From Candidatus Wolframiiraptor sinensis (GTDB taxonomy: Archaea; Thermoproteota; Nitrososphaeria_A; Caldarchaeales; Wolframiiraptoraceae), in the NCBI GenBank assembly GCA_023261815.1, contig JALNKA010000004.1, positions 1 to 62,006 on the forward strand: a DNA stretch of 62,006 nt, read 5' to 3'. A model generated the notes under the pieces. That model saw only the letters and a list, made by a program, of their open reading frames with translations. It had not been told where the DNA came from and did not search any database. Below, piece by piece: positions 8,777-19,417 of the stretch. Within the stretch, counting starts at the first letter, position 1. Each line of letters begins with the position of its first letter. A program made the translations under genes and the position numbers.

Positions 8777-9319
8777 ATGTGCATGGCTCGGCGAATTCTG
8801 GCGGCCGATATTGCCCTCGTAATACTTACCCTGCTCCTACTCGCCGTGATCGCTTACAGGGTCTCTGGGAATGTTACCCCACTGCTCGTCGTCAAGTCAG
8901 GAAGCATGGAGCCGGTATTACATGTGGGGGACGTAATAGTGATAGAGCCAGCACGCTCCGAGAACATCCGCGTCGGAGACGTAATAGTATTCTGGAACCC
9001 GTGGTATGGAAACTTAGTCGTCCATAGGGTCGTCCGCGTGGCCGAGGAGGGAGTATATACGAGAGGAGATGCGAATGCGGGGATCGATCCATGGTCTCCG
9101 GTTCCATATGAGAATATCGTCGGAAAATGGACCGGTCTCAAGATACCATACTGGCTTGGAATAGGCTATCTATCCTTATTCCTGTCGGGCGAGATATATC
9201 CTCCCTACGGGCTGGTTCTCCTAGCGGGCTTGATAATTCTTAACCTCTTCTTCGCCTTGAGAGGGCTCTTCCGCCGCGGGAGGGGCTCAGGGGAGGAGCC
9301 CGAATCTTCCCAGGGATGA
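8777..9319 (+). CDS. Signal peptidase I (S26B, SipW/Sec11-like)
   Basis: SGSMEP, GDVIV, VVHRV, TRGDAN motifs. Confidence 0.92.
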   Translation: MCMARRILAADIALVILTLLLLAVIAYRVSGNVTPLLVVKSGSMEPVLHVGDVIVIEPARSENIRVGDVIVFWNPWYGNLVVHRVVRVAEEGVYTRGDANAGIDPWSPVPYENIVGKWTGLKIPYWLGIGYLSLFLSGEIYPPYGLVLLAGLIILNLFFALRGLFRRGRGSGEEPESSQG

Positions 9320-9695
9320 GATGGAGATGCTCGATCTGAGTGAATCCCAAGCTCTTGAAGGCCTTTAGCCTGAACCAGTATCTCGTATTTATCTCGCCGA
9401 CGGCGCCCTCCAAAGCCCTCTTAACAAGCCTCATTATCCTCTCTCCCTCCCGATCTAGATCGAAGAGAAGTATGACGCTCTTGATGCCTCTTGCCTCGAG
9501 CCTCCTCCTCAACCCCCTAACCGATTTAACGGGAATTATCTCGCCCGTTATTCCGAGAATTCTGAGGCTCTCGGCGTCCCTCTCGCCCTCGACTATTATC
9601 GGAATACCATTCTCCGAATCCCTTCTAAGCTTCTCGACGATCTCCTCGAATTCCTCCGAGAGCCCAAGTCTTCTATATTTTCCGATGACAGGCAT
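9240..9695 (-). CDS. Small Toprim-domain protein
   Basis: IIVEGERD and LFDLDREG motifs. Confidence 0.85.
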   Translation of the reverse strand: MPVIGKYRRLGLSEEFEEIVEKLRRDSENGIPIIVEGERDAESLRILGITGEIIPVKSVRGLRRRLEARGIKSVILLFDLDREGERIMRLVKRALEGAVGEINTRYWFRLKAFKSLGFTQIEHLHLIPGKIRAPPLSPSRGGRALSRRRRG

Positions 9696-9860
9696 TCCAT
9701 CTCCGGCGATTTAGGTGATTGGCCAAGCATGCTTTAATCATTTTTTGGGCTCAGGTTGGCGGCTTAACACAGTCATAATACCGCTCGAGCATATACGCCC
9801 GTATTACTAACGGCTTTATCTCCAAACCCGCCCTCCCACCCCCAGGAGGTGGTTAAGGGG

Positions 9861-10007
9861 TTGAGAGTTGTAACAGTTCATCTCCCAGAAGCATACATAG
9901 AGGCGATAGATCAGCTGGTTAGGAAGAGGCTTTACCCAAATCGAGCCGAGGCAATTAGGATGGCCATCAGAGACTTCATCATGGAGGAGGCTATGAGGAG
10001 TGAATGA
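9861..10007 (+). CDS. Ribbon-helix-helix regulator, CdrS/aCcr1-like (missed by the ORF track)
   Basis: TTG start after GGAGGTGG; MRVVTVHLPEAYIEAIDQLVRKRLYPNRAEAIRMAIRDFI; overlaps the ftsZ start. Confidence 0.85.
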   Translation: MRVVTVHLPEAYIEAIDQLVRKRLYPNRAEAIRMAIRDFIMEEAMRSE

Positions 10008-11052
10008 CGATCTACTGCTCTTTGGTAGAGACTTCTCCGACGAGGTCAAGATAACGCTGATAGGCGTTGGAGGAGCCGGCTGCAACACCGCTGACAGGGT
10101 CCTCGCGATGAAGCTCAAGGGAGTGAAGATCGTGGCGGCGAACACCGATGCCCAGCACCTCGAGCTCATAAACGCTCACGAGAAGATTCTACTAGGCAAG
10201 GGGACGACCAAGTTCCGGGGAACCGGAGGAAACCCGGAGCTCGGGAGGGCGGCCGTGGAGGAGTCAATAGACGAGGTTAGGGCGGCGCTAGAGGGCTCTG
10301 ACATAGTTTTTGTGGCCGCGGGCTTGGGCGGCGGAACCGGGACAGGCGGAGCCCCCCTCGTCGCCGAGATAGCCAGGGAGCTCGGGGCGATCGTTATAGG
10401 CGTGGTTACGCTTCCATTCAAGTTCGAGGGAAATGTGAGGAAGAGGATAGCGTTGAAAGGTCTCGAGGACTTGCGCGAGAAATGCAATACTGTGGTCGCG
10501 ATAGACAATAACAAGCTGCTCGAGCTCTATCCTCAATACAGCCTGAAGGCGGCCTTCAGCCTCGCAGATGAGGTGATAAGCAACATGGTGTTGAGCATAA
10601 CTGAGTCGATCGCCAAGCCCAGCCTGATAAACATAGACTACGCGGATTTCAAGACCGTGATGAGCAGGGGTAAGCTAGCGGCGCTGGGGATAGGGAGATC
10701 CTCGACGCCGAATAGAGCGGAGGAGGCCACGTTCATGGCGCTCCAGTGCCCGCTCCTCGACATAACCTACGAGGGCCTATCGGGGGCGATAATACACGTA
10801 TCAGGCGGAGATGACATGAAGCTCAGCGAGGCGGCGAGACCAGCCGAAATAGTCTCGGAGCTAATGGGTGAGGAGGCGCTGGTGATCTGGGGCGCGAGAA
10901 TAGACAGCGCGCTCGACTCAACGCTGGAGGTCTCGCTGATATTAACGGGCGTGGAGAGCACGGAGCTCCTGAAAGCGAAGGAGGAGCCGAAGCCGCTGGA
11001 AGAAGATGAGATAGAGGAGATACTGGAGGGTCTCGGAATAAAATCCATATGA
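10000..11052 (+). CDS. ftsZ: Cell division protein FtsZ
   Basis: GVGGAGCN, GLGGGTGTGG, PFKFEG, T7 loop NIDYAD. Confidence 0.93.
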   Translation: MNDDLLLFGRDFSDEVKITLIGVGGAGCNTADRVLAMKLKGVKIVAANTDAQHLELINAHEKILLGKGTTKFRGTGGNPELGRAAVEESIDEVRAALEGSDIVFVAAGLGGGTGTGGAPLVAEIARELGAIVIGVVTLPFKFEGNVRKRIALKGLEDLREKCNTVVAIDNNKLLELYPQYSLKAAFSLADEVISNMVLSITESIAKPSLINIDYADFKTVMSRGKLAALGIGRSSTPNRAEEATFMALQCPLLDITYEGLSGAIIHVSGGDDMKLSEAARPAEIVSELMGEEALVIWGARIDSALDSTLEVSLILTGVESTELLKAKEEPKPLEEDEIEEILEGLGIKSI

Positions 11053-11071
11053 GCTCAGCACTCCTTCCTCT

Positions 11072-12754
11072 CTATTTTTTCAATCTCTCCAGAAGCTTTC
11101 TCATCTGCTCCTCGACCTCCTCGCTCGTTATCTTTCTGAAGAGGGGCTTGGGCTCATTTATCCTGTGGCCTGGCGGTATTATCGCCTCGGCGTCGCTCCA
11201 CCTGAGCTCTGAAACCTTCTTCCCAATATTCATGTAGTCGAGTATCCGCTGGGAGGTGAATGGCAGGTAGGGCGCCGAGATCACGGCGAGGGAATAGACC
11301 ACCTGGCACAGCACGTAGATCGCTGTTCCAGCATTCTCCGGGCTGCTCCATGGAGCTTTCTCGTTCATGTATGCGTTGCCCTCCTGCGCTAGGTCGAGCA
11401 GGGCTCTTAACCCCTTCCTGAACTCGCATGCCTCGATATGCTCCTCGAGCATCCTCGCATAATCGATTCTACGTCTCAGCATCTCCTCGTCTCGGCGATC
11501 GAACTCTCCCGGCCGCGGAATCACGCCGCCCATCTTGGAGTAGGTGAAGCTGAGAACCCTGTGAACAAAGTTTCCATAGGTCCCGATCAGCTCGCCATTC
11601 ACCTTCTCAGCGAAGTCCTGCCATTTGAAGTCCGTATCCCTCGTCTCGGGAGCTATCGCCGCCGCATAATACCTGATCACATCCGGGTCGTATCTCTCGA
11701 GGAGCTCGTGGAGCCAGACAACCCATCCCCGGCTGGTCGAGAGCTTCTCGCCCTCCAAGTTCACGAACTCGTTTACCACGACGTTGTATGGCAGAATGTA
11801 GTCTCCGTGGGCGATTAGGAGCGCCGGGAAGAGTATCGTGTGGAAGAAGAGGTTATCCTTCCCGATGAAGCAGTATAGCTTGACGCTTCCATCAGTCCAG
11901 AATCTCCTCCATTCCTCTGGATTACCCGCGATATTCTCGGCCCAGTCCCTCGTCGCTGAGATGTATCCGAGGAGATTCTCGGCCCAGTTGTAGATCACCT
12001 GGCCCTCTGCTCCCGGGAATGGCGCCGGAGGACCCCAGCTATAATCCCTCGTTATATCCTTGTCCTTTAGTCCCTCCTTCTCGAGCCACGCGACCGTCTT
12101 GTTGTATGTGGCTTTCCTCCAGAACTTCTTATCCTTAACGTACTCGAGGACCTTTTCTGTCAGGGCGCTCAGCTTGAGGAAGAAGTGGGTCTTCTCCCTT
12201 ACCTCGGGCCTCGACCCGCATATCGAGCACTTGGGATCAATTATCTCGAATGATTCATACCACGATCCGCAGACCTCGCAGACGTCGCCATATTGGCCCG
12301 GCGCGCCGCACTTCGGGCATGTGCCGATCACGAACCTATCGGGGAGGAAGATCTCGCAATTCGGGCACCACCACTGCTTGATGGTCTTCGGGTAGATGTA
12401 TCCCCTCTCCCACAGCCTAAGATAAAATTCCCTAACGACTTGATAGTGTATGGGCTTGCTGGTCCTAGAGAAGATGTCGAAGCTTATCCCGAGCTTCTCG
12501 AAGACTTCCTTCTGAACCGGATAATACATGTCGCAGAGCTCCTTTGGCGTCGTCCCCCTCTTCATCGCCTCGATCACTATGCTGCTCGCATTCTCGTCAG
12601 TGCCGCAGACATAGACAACCTCCGCGCCCCTCATCCGCTTAAACCTAGCGAAGATGTCGGCTGGAAGATATGCTCCGGCCAGGTGGCCGAAGTGCCTGGG
12701 AGCATACGAGTACGGGAGAGCCGCGGTAACGAGAACCTTCTCCCCGAGCTTCAC
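11072..12754 (-). CDS. metG: Methionyl-tRNA synthetase
   Basis: ALPY...HFGH (HIGH-like), Zn knuckles, FIGKDN, KLSTS. Confidence 0.95.
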   Translation of the reverse strand: MKLGEKVLVTAALPYSYAPRHFGHLAGAYLPADIFARFKRMRGAEVVYVCGTDENASSIVIEAMKRGTTPKELCDMYYPVQKEVFEKLGISFDIFSRTSKPIHYQVVREFYLRLWERGYIYPKTIKQWWCPNCEIFLPDRFVIGTCPKCGAPGQYGDVCEVCGSWYESFEIIDPKCSICGSRPEVREKTHFFLKLSALTEKVLEYVKDKKFWRKATYNKTVAWLEKEGLKDKDITRDYSWGPPAPFPGAEGQVIYNWAENLLGYISATRDWAENIAGNPEEWRRFWTDGSVKLYCFIGKDNLFFHTILFPALLIAHGDYILPYNVVVNEFVNLEGEKLSTSRGWVVWLHELLERYDPDVIRYYAAAIAPETRDTDFKWQDFAEKVNGELIGTYGNFVHRVLSFTYSKMGGVIPRPGEFDRRDEEMLRRRIDYARMLEEHIEACEFRKGLRALLDLAQEGNAYMNEKAPWSSPENAGTAIYVLCQVVYSLAVISAPYLPFTSQRILDYMNIGKKVSELRWSDAEAIIPPGHRINEPKPLFRKITSEEVEEQMRKLLERLKK

Positions 12755-13056
12755 GCACCCTCTTCTAGAGAGACATCAGCCAGCTTTTAACTGTGAAGTG
12801 ACGAGGGAAGCTTAAAGGAAAAAAGAGGATGTTAGGAGCGGTGAGCCGGTGGACTATGCTGCCATGCCAGCAGTATTCCGCGCATGGAATAGTGGTTAGG
12901 CCGAGAAAGGATCTGGAGGTAGAGCATTCATGCGAGGCCAGGATAGAGGATGGAGCGATTGATAGATGGGGAGAGGATCTGCAAGATAGCGTTCGGAGAA
13001 GGACTCTTCTAAAAATAACTTTTAAATCAACAAAGTTTTTCCCGGGCTGAATTGTC

Positions 13057-14412
13057 TCAGCTCACAGTCTTCGGATGCTCCACCTCGATCACGGAGAGAT
13101 CTATCCTGAGAGGTCTTCTGCCGAGCGCCTCCGCTATATTGGGCTCCGTTCTCCCCTCATCGCCGTCTATAAGCTCCTTTATGTAGAGCCCTCCCTGAGC
13201 CTTGATCCTGAACTTGACGATGCGGTCACCGAGCTTCTCGGCCTCGACGTAGTAGACCTTCTTCTGCCTAATCTTGTCCGCTCTTCTCCTTAAAACCCTC
13301 CTCGGCGTCCGCTGGCTCACCACTATGTCCCTGAACTTCTCCTCTACGAGCTTCAGCGCCCCCTCATCCACATCGCCATCGAGCTCGACTATGGCCTCAT
13401 AGGTTTTGGAGGCGATCGGGGAGAGGCTCTTCATCAACCTCAGCTCCCTCCTGCTGGAATACTCCAGGCCCGAGATCTCGACCTTGCCCCGCGCACCCTC
13501 ATTCACCGCCCTCTCCAGTATCGCCAGATCCACGAATCTTCTTCTGGGGTGCTTTAGCTCCAAGACGAACGGTCTGCCTGTTCCGATAACAGTCGCATCC
13601 ACGTCTTCCCTGCCGGCGCCGTGAAACTTGTAGCTCAGCGCCTCGAAGATCTTGAGAGCCGGCTCGCCGATCAGCTCGCTGACAGACTCGGGGTACTCCC
13701 TACCCGTATAGTTGCATTTCTCGCATCCGCGGCCCCAGCAACGTCTACAGTACCATGGCGTCTGGGGCATGTTCTTTTGAAGCTTCCTGTAGAATCCCTT
13801 GATGAAGATGGGGTTTACTTGTAGCTCATATGAGCCGGAGAACACGTCTACGAGTATGACGATGTCTGGGCTCTGATACTCTACTGGGACCTTGAACTTT
13901 TTCTGGAGAATGGAGCCGACGCACCTCGTAATATCCTCTTTGATGTCCTCCCCGGTATCTATGTTGAAGGCCGCTCTGAGCTCATCCTCCCTCTCCCTCA
14001 CGTCCGCCGGAACCCTGGCCCCAACTAGAAGATTCCGGAACTCGTATTCCCTCAGCTCCTCAGAGGTCTTCTCGGCAACCTCCTCCATCCCCTGCCTGGT
14101 CAGGGCTCCGCCGCAAATATAGCATGGGAGCTGCTCGGGCGATTCCTCGCCGAGAACCTGCAAAGCCTTCACCGCGGGCTTGAAGCCCGTTGATGCCAGC
14201 CTTTTCAGGATCTCCGGGATCTCCCCGGATTCCTTGTGCCGGAGAAGGCTCCACATCGCGAGGATGAGCTTTAGCGCTCTGCCCTTTTCATCGTTTCCGG
14301 CGCCGTAGCATAGCGAGGAGAACTGCCTGCCGAGGCAGTAGTCGCAGAGTGGGTGGGCTAGGAGCAGCTTCTCAGCCTTCTCCAGAATCTCGGCCAGCCT
14401 CTCGAATGACAA
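13057..14412 (-). CDS. pus10: tRNA pseudouridine(54/55) synthase Pus10
   Basis: LCDYCLGRQF, FHGAGREDVD, GRPF, GGLYIKELI. Confidence 0.95.
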   Translation of the reverse strand: MSFERLAEILEKAEKLLLAHPLCDYCLGRQFSSLCYGAGNDEKGRALKLILAMWSLLRHKESGEIPEILKRLASTGFKPAVKALQVLGEESPEQLPCYICGGALTRQGMEEVAEKTSEELREYEFRNLLVGARVPADVREREDELRAAFNIDTGEDIKEDITRCVGSILQKKFKVPVEYQSPDIVILVDVFSGSYELQVNPIFIKGFYRKLQKNMPQTPWYCRRCWGRGCEKCNYTGREYPESVSELIGEPALKIFEALSYKFHGAGREDVDATVIGTGRPFVLELKHPRRRFVDLAILERAVNEGARGKVEISGLEYSSRRELRLMKSLSPIASKTYEAIVELDGDVDEGALKLVEEKFRDIVVSQRTPRRVLRRRADKIRQKKVYYVEAEKLGDRIVKFRIKAQGGLYIKELIDGDEGRTEPNIAEALGRRPLRIDLSVIEVEHPKTVS

Positions 14413-14460
14413 CCCCGGCGTGATGACGATGCAAATATCCTATTAACTCTTAACTCTAAC

Positions 14461-15792
14461 TTAGACTAGAGAGATGTTAGCTCGCCCACGAAGGCTCGCG
14501 AGCTTATGAGGCGCCTTTCTCGCCCTTTTAATGAGCTTCTTCATCAGCTTGTATTGCCGTAGAAGCGCCTTGACATCGCCCTCGGCCACGCCGGCTCCCC
14601 GAGCGATCCTCCTAACCCTCGAGGCATCGAGTATGCTAGGATCACTTCTCTCTTCAGGCGTCATGGATTGGATTATCGCCCACCACTTCTCGATCCTCTC
14701 CTCCGCCTCCCTCATGGCGTCCTGCGGGATCTCGGGAAGCCCGGGTATGGGCAGCTTCGAGAGGAGCTTTGAGAGCGGCCCCATCTTCCTAACTTCCCTC
14801 AGCTGCTTGACGAACTCCTCGAGCGTGAACTCCCCCCTGAGCATCTTCTTCGCGCGCTCCTCGCTGACCTCGACTTCCGCGAGCTTAATCCTCTCGAGCA
14901 GCCCCTCCAAGTCGCCTATGCCGAGAAGTCTGCCCACGTACCCCTTCGGGTTGAAGAGCTCTATGTCCTCCAGCCTCTCCCCGGTTCCGATGAATTTTAT
15001 CACGGCGCCGGTCTCCGCGATCGCGGATAACGCCCCTCCACCCCTCGCCGAGGTATCCATCTTCGTCAGGACTATAGATCCGACTGGCGCGGCCTGATGA
15101 AATGCCCTCGCATGCTCTCCAGCGACCTGGCCTATCGTTGCGTCAACGATGAGAATTACCTCATCCGGCTTAATGCTTTCTTGGAGTATCTTCATCTCCT
15201 TCATGAGCTCCTCCTGATTCTTGTGCCTCCCAGCAGTATCTATCAGGATGACGTCGTAGCCCTCTTCCGAGAAGCGCTTCAAGCCCCTCACAGCTATCTC
15301 GACGGCTTTAGAGCCATCATGGAAGACCGGGATATCCTTTCCATCCAGAAGCTGCTTGAGCTGCTCATATGCTCCGGGCCTATATGTGTCGGCGCAGATG
15401 ACCGCGACCCTATAGCCCATCTTTCTGAGATAATTCGCTATCTTCGCGACGCTCGTGGTCTTTCCAGTCCCCTGTATTCCCACAGCCATCATTACGTACG
15501 GCTTCTTCGGTATCTTTATCTCGGCCGGCTTCTCTCCGAGAAGCTTCACGAGCTCCTCGTAAACGACCTTGATGATGTAGTCCCTCCGGGAGATTCCAGG
15601 CGGCATCTCCTTTGGAAATGCTCTCTCCCTTATCCTATCCGAGAACTTCTTAATGAGCTCGACGTTCACGTCGGCGATTAGGAGAGCTCTCTGAATATCC
15701 CTTATCAGCTCCTCAACGGTCTTCTTGTCCACGGTTGCGGCCGACCTAAACTTGCTCAGAGCGTTGCGTAGCATCTCGGAGAAAGACGGCAT
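14461..15792 (-). CDS. srp54: Signal recognition particle protein SRP54
   Basis: ALLIADV, GIQGTGKTT, DTAGR, TKMD, M-domain SMTPEER...SRVRRIARGAG. Confidence 0.95.
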   Translation of the reverse strand: MPSFSEMLRNALSKFRSAATVDKKTVEELIRDIQRALLIADVNVELIKKFSDRIRERAFPKEMPPGISRRDYIIKVVYEELVKLLGEKPAEIKIPKKPYVMMAVGIQGTGKTTSVAKIANYLRKMGYRVAVICADTYRPGAYEQLKQLLDGKDIPVFHDGSKAVEIAVRGLKRFSEEGYDVILIDTAGRHKNQEELMKEMKILQESIKPDEVILIVDATIGQVAGEHARAFHQAAPVGSIVLTKMDTSARGGGALSAIAETGAVIKFIGTGERLEDIELFNPKGYVGRLLGIGDLEGLLERIKLAEVEVSEERAKKMLRGEFTLEEFVKQLREVRKMGPLSKLLSKLPIPGLPEIPQDAMREAEERIEKWWAIIQSMTPEERSDPSILDASRVRRIARGAGVAEGDVKALLRQYKLMKKLIKRARKAPHKLASLRGRANISLV

Positions 15793-15867
15793 GAAGACCC
15801 GCGTTAAGAAGCCCGGGCGCGGTATTAAGGTTATTATCCCGGGCCCGGCCGAAGAGCCTTCCAAGAG

Positions 15868-16830
15868 CTATCCCAGGGCCGCGAGCCTCTCCGCTATTGG
15901 CCTGATCTCCTCGATTCCTAGAAGGGATTCTACTCTCGGGACGCTCCATGCTCCCCTCCTAGTCGTTGAGAGCGCGGCTACGATGTTCGCGAATCTCCCC
16001 GCGAGCCTTAGCTCCACCTCATTGAGCGTGAGGCTCCTCAGCTTGTTTATCGAGTAGAGCGATGCTAGGAGCGCGGCCATATATGCGTCTCCCGCCCCGG
16101 TCGGGTCTATCGCCTCAACCCTGTAGGCTGGTATGCTCACGCGCTGCCCCGCATGCATCAGCTCGCTCCCCTCACCGCTCCTCGTAACTGCGATCAATTT
16201 CACGTCAAAGCTCTCTACATCGACGCCATGCTCCTCCAGAAACCTCTTCTCCCCCCTCCCGAGCTTAACTATGTCGGCGCAGCTAAGCGCCTCCTCCATG
16301 CATCTTATCAGCTCATCCATTCTGCCAACCCAGAGATTGGGCCTGATGTTAGCGTCAAAGCTCGTGGGAATCCCCCGACTCCTAGCCATGCGGGCGAGCT
16401 CGAGGCTCGTTGATCTGCTGGGCTCCCTCGCTAAAAGAACTCCGCCGAAGTGCAGTAGATCAGCAGCGTCCAGAAATGACTCATCCACATCATCTATCCT
16501 GAGATTGAAGTATGCCACGTTATCGTAGATTAGGAAGCTCGGTTCAGCCTGCTTGAGCTGCACGAAGACCACTCCAGTATTCCTCTCATGATCGTAGGAG
16601 ATGTAGCGCGTTTCAACCCCCTCTCCCCTGAGCTTCTCGATTAGAAATTCTCCGAAAGAATCTCTCCCGACCTTGCTTATCAGCCCTGATGGGACATTCA
16701 ACCTCCTCAAGCCGACAACCATGTTCGCCGGAGCTCCTCCGGGATGCTTCTCAAACGTCTTTACATGCTTCAAATCAGCATCCTCGATGGCGATGAAATC
16801 TATCAAAACCTCACCAACAGCAAAGATCAT
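15868..16830 (-). CDS. PfkB family carbohydrate kinase
   Basis: GEVLID, GGAPAN, DPTGAGD motifs. Confidence 0.92.
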   Translation of the reverse strand: MIFAVGEVLIDFIAIEDADLKHVKTFEKHPGGAPANMVVGLRRLNVPSGLISKVGRDSFGEFLIEKLRGEGVETRYISYDHERNTGVVFVQLKQAEPSFLIYDNVAYFNLRIDDVDESFLDAADLLHFGGVLLAREPSRSTSLELARMARSRGIPTSFDANIRPNLWVGRMDELIRCMEEALSCADIVKLGRGEKRFLEEHGVDVESFDVKLIAVTRSGEGSELMHAGQRVSIPAYRVEAIDPTGAGDAYMAALLASLYSINKLRSLTLNEVELRLAGRFANIVAALSTTRRGAWSVPRVESLLGIEEIRPIAERLAALG

Positions 16831-16918
16831 AATCAAGAGAAAAATAATGCGAGGGTGGATATTAGTCTTCATGCGTGAGAAAAGTCTAAAATACTCCACC
16901 GAGAAGAAGAAAATTGCC

Positions 16919-16991
16919 GGGCCGGTAGATCAGCTGGGAGATCGCCCGCCTTGCACGCGGGAGGTCGCGGGTTCAAATCCCGCCCGGTCCA
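16919..16991 (+). tRNA. tRNA-Ala(TGC)
   Basis: GGGCCGG acceptor stem, CCCGC-CT-TGC-AC-GCGGG anticodon arm, GGTTCAAATCC T-arm. Confidence 0.95.
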
Positions 16992-17132
16992 TGATTCCAA
17001 GCATTTTGATTAAAATTAAACATGTTTTCCCCCAGCATCACCAGCAGAATATAGGTTTGTTAATTCGATGAACGGTGCATGGAGTTAGATTATTAAGGTG
17101 AACTTCTTCTGGTCGTCGTCGGCCGGAAGGGC

Positions 17133-19031
17133 TTGAGCGAGGAGGCTAGGCTTAAGCGAGAGATTGGGTGGTTCAGCTCCTTCGCCATGGGCTACGGCGA
17201 CGTGGGTGCGGATATTTTCATAGCTCTCGGAATAGTAGCATTGTATGCTGGCGGCGCCGCCCCGCTCGCTTCCTGATCGCGGCTCTAATCTACGTCTCCA
17301 TAGGCCTGGCTTATAGTGAGCTGGCTCCAACGTATCCGTACGCTGGAGGCGTGCACATTTATGCGCTGAGGGCTTCGGGCTCTTTGATGAGCTTTCTGGC
17401 CGGCTGGGCGATAATGCTCGACTACATGCTATGCCTTTCCCTCTTCGCGACCGCCGCGGCAGGATACCTGAGATAACTCTTCCCATGGACGAAGGTCTTC
17501 TCGATCCAAATTCTCCCCGGCATCGAGGTCGGTAGCCTCGGGCTAATCGCCTCATGCTCGTCGCATTCCTCATCGCGATAAACCATATTGGGATAAGGTA
17601 CTCGGCGAGCTTGATCTCCGGCCTGGTGGTAGTGGGGCTAGTAATCCAGGCTCTGGTGCTGGCCGTAGGATTCCTCACGAAATTCGACGCGAGACTTTTT
17701 CTCAGCCAGCTCGCACACTTAGGAAACCCGGAGCGCCTCCCCGAGGTCGAGTACTTCGACTTCCTAGACACGGGCCTCAACAATTTCCTCTACGGGCTAA
17801 CGCTCGCGATGGCATCTTTCATAGGGATAGAGTCGATAGCGCAGGCAGCAGAGGAGACGAGGAAACCTCACAAGTGGATTCCGAGGGCCGCTAAGCTATG
17901 CGTCTTGGCCGTCCTGCTCTCCGTCCTGCTATTCAGCATTCTGTCCATGGGCTCCCTCGACTGGCGCGAGCTCGGCTCCTCATACGAGAACCCGATCGCG
18001 GTTCTCGTGAGCAAGTTCCCCGCGATCGGCGGGCATCTCTCCATCCTCGTGGCCCTAGCAGCCTTCGTCCTATGCCTTGCATCGGCGAACACCGGCTTGA
18101 TAGGGGTTTCGCGCTTAGCAGCGAGCATGGGAAGATTCCACCTGATTCCCAGATGGTTTTACAGCATACACCCGAGGTTCAGGACGCCCGCGAGAACCAT
18201 AGTCATATTCGGGATAATAGGGCTGCTGCTAACCCTGCCAGGCGACATACCATTCCTCGCGAGCCTCTACAATTTCGGCGCCTCGCTAAGCTACATGTTC
18301 CTGATGATGAACCTCTTCCTGCTCAGGAGCAGGGACCGGGAAGTTTACAGACCTTGGAGGATGCCGCTCTCGATAAAGCTGAGGGATAAGGGAGAATACG
18401 CTCTCGAGATACTGATACTCGGGCTAATCGGCCTCATAGGACAGCCGCGATCTGGATTCTGGTAATCCTATTGCACCCGGCGGGAAGGCTCTTCGGCTTC
18501 ACGTGGATGGCGGCGGGCATCGCGCTCTACATAATCTTCAGAAAAATCTCCGGAGAATCTATGCTAGGCAGAGAGGAGAAAAACATGGTTCTACCAGCTG
18601 GCTACCGAATGAGGGTGACAGTTCTGGTGCGGCCATATGATGAACCGGAGGTGATAAGAAAATCTATCGAGAGAGCACTTGATAAGCGGTTCAGCATCAA
18701 GCTCCTCAGCATAATAGATGTGCCGATGGGCTTGGCTGCTGGTCGCGATGAAGCGGAAATCGAGGCGGCGAAGCGGGAGACGGAGGAAATGCTCGCGTCT
18801 CTCGCAAAGGAGCTTAGATCGATGGGCTATGAGGCGGAGTATGATGTGAGGATTGGAGACTTAGAGAAGATTCTTGAGGAAGAGGCTGAGAGGGGCGAGG
18901 TGGACTTCTTAGCCTACATCGTCCGAGGATTCGAGAAGGCCTCCATAGAGAAGGGGCTTGATGAGAGAGTTCGCTCGCTGATGCGTAGACATCCCGGGAA
19001 GATAATGCTCCTAAAAAGGATCATGGAGTAG
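17133..19031 (+). pseudogene. APC-family amino acid permease with C-terminal USP-like domain, split by about 3 frameshifts (or sequence errors)
   Basis: MSEEARLKREIGWFSSFAMGYGDVGADIF... then frame changes near 17265, 17480-17550 and 18440; YSELA..YP.AGG and FIGIESIAQAAEET motifs. Confidence 0.75.
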
Positions 19032-19082
19032 ATCGCACCCAAATGCTTAATATCACCCGATCAGCCTCAGCCCTGGATACGT

Positions 19083-19367
19083 ATGGCATATCTCAAGAGA
19101 CCCGGCATTAAGGCGTTCATACATGTCTTCGTGGAGTCTAGTCAGCTCGAGGAGGTCTGCAGGGAGATGGGAAAGCTCCCGGAGGTAATCGATGTCTACG
19201 AGGTGACGGGGGAGTTTGACGTGATCGCGGTCGTCGCGGCCACGAACATCAACGAGTTCAGGAGATCCCTGAGAGACAAGATCCTGAAGATACCTGGCGT
19301 GAAGAGCACTGTGACCTCAATAGTGCTTCATACCCATAAGCGAGACGGCGTGGAGCTGGAGGAATAG
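19083..19367 (+). CDS. Lrp/AsnC ligand-binding-domain protein
   Basis: VYEVTGEFD, IPGVKST.T motifs; no HTH. Confidence 0.88.
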   Translation: MAYLKRPGIKAFIHVFVESSQLEEVCREMGKLPEVIDVYEVTGEFDVIAVVAATNINEFRRSLRDKILKIPGVKSTVTSIVLHTHKRDGVELEE

Positions 19368-19417
19368 AATCTCAATAACGTCTATCTAGAAGCAGAATGC
19401 TTATCGGGTGAGCGGAC

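Noticed and set aside
12780-13050. 73-aa ORF or 270-bp gap between metG and pus10
   Set aside because: No recognisable motif or clear start signals; cannot be called.
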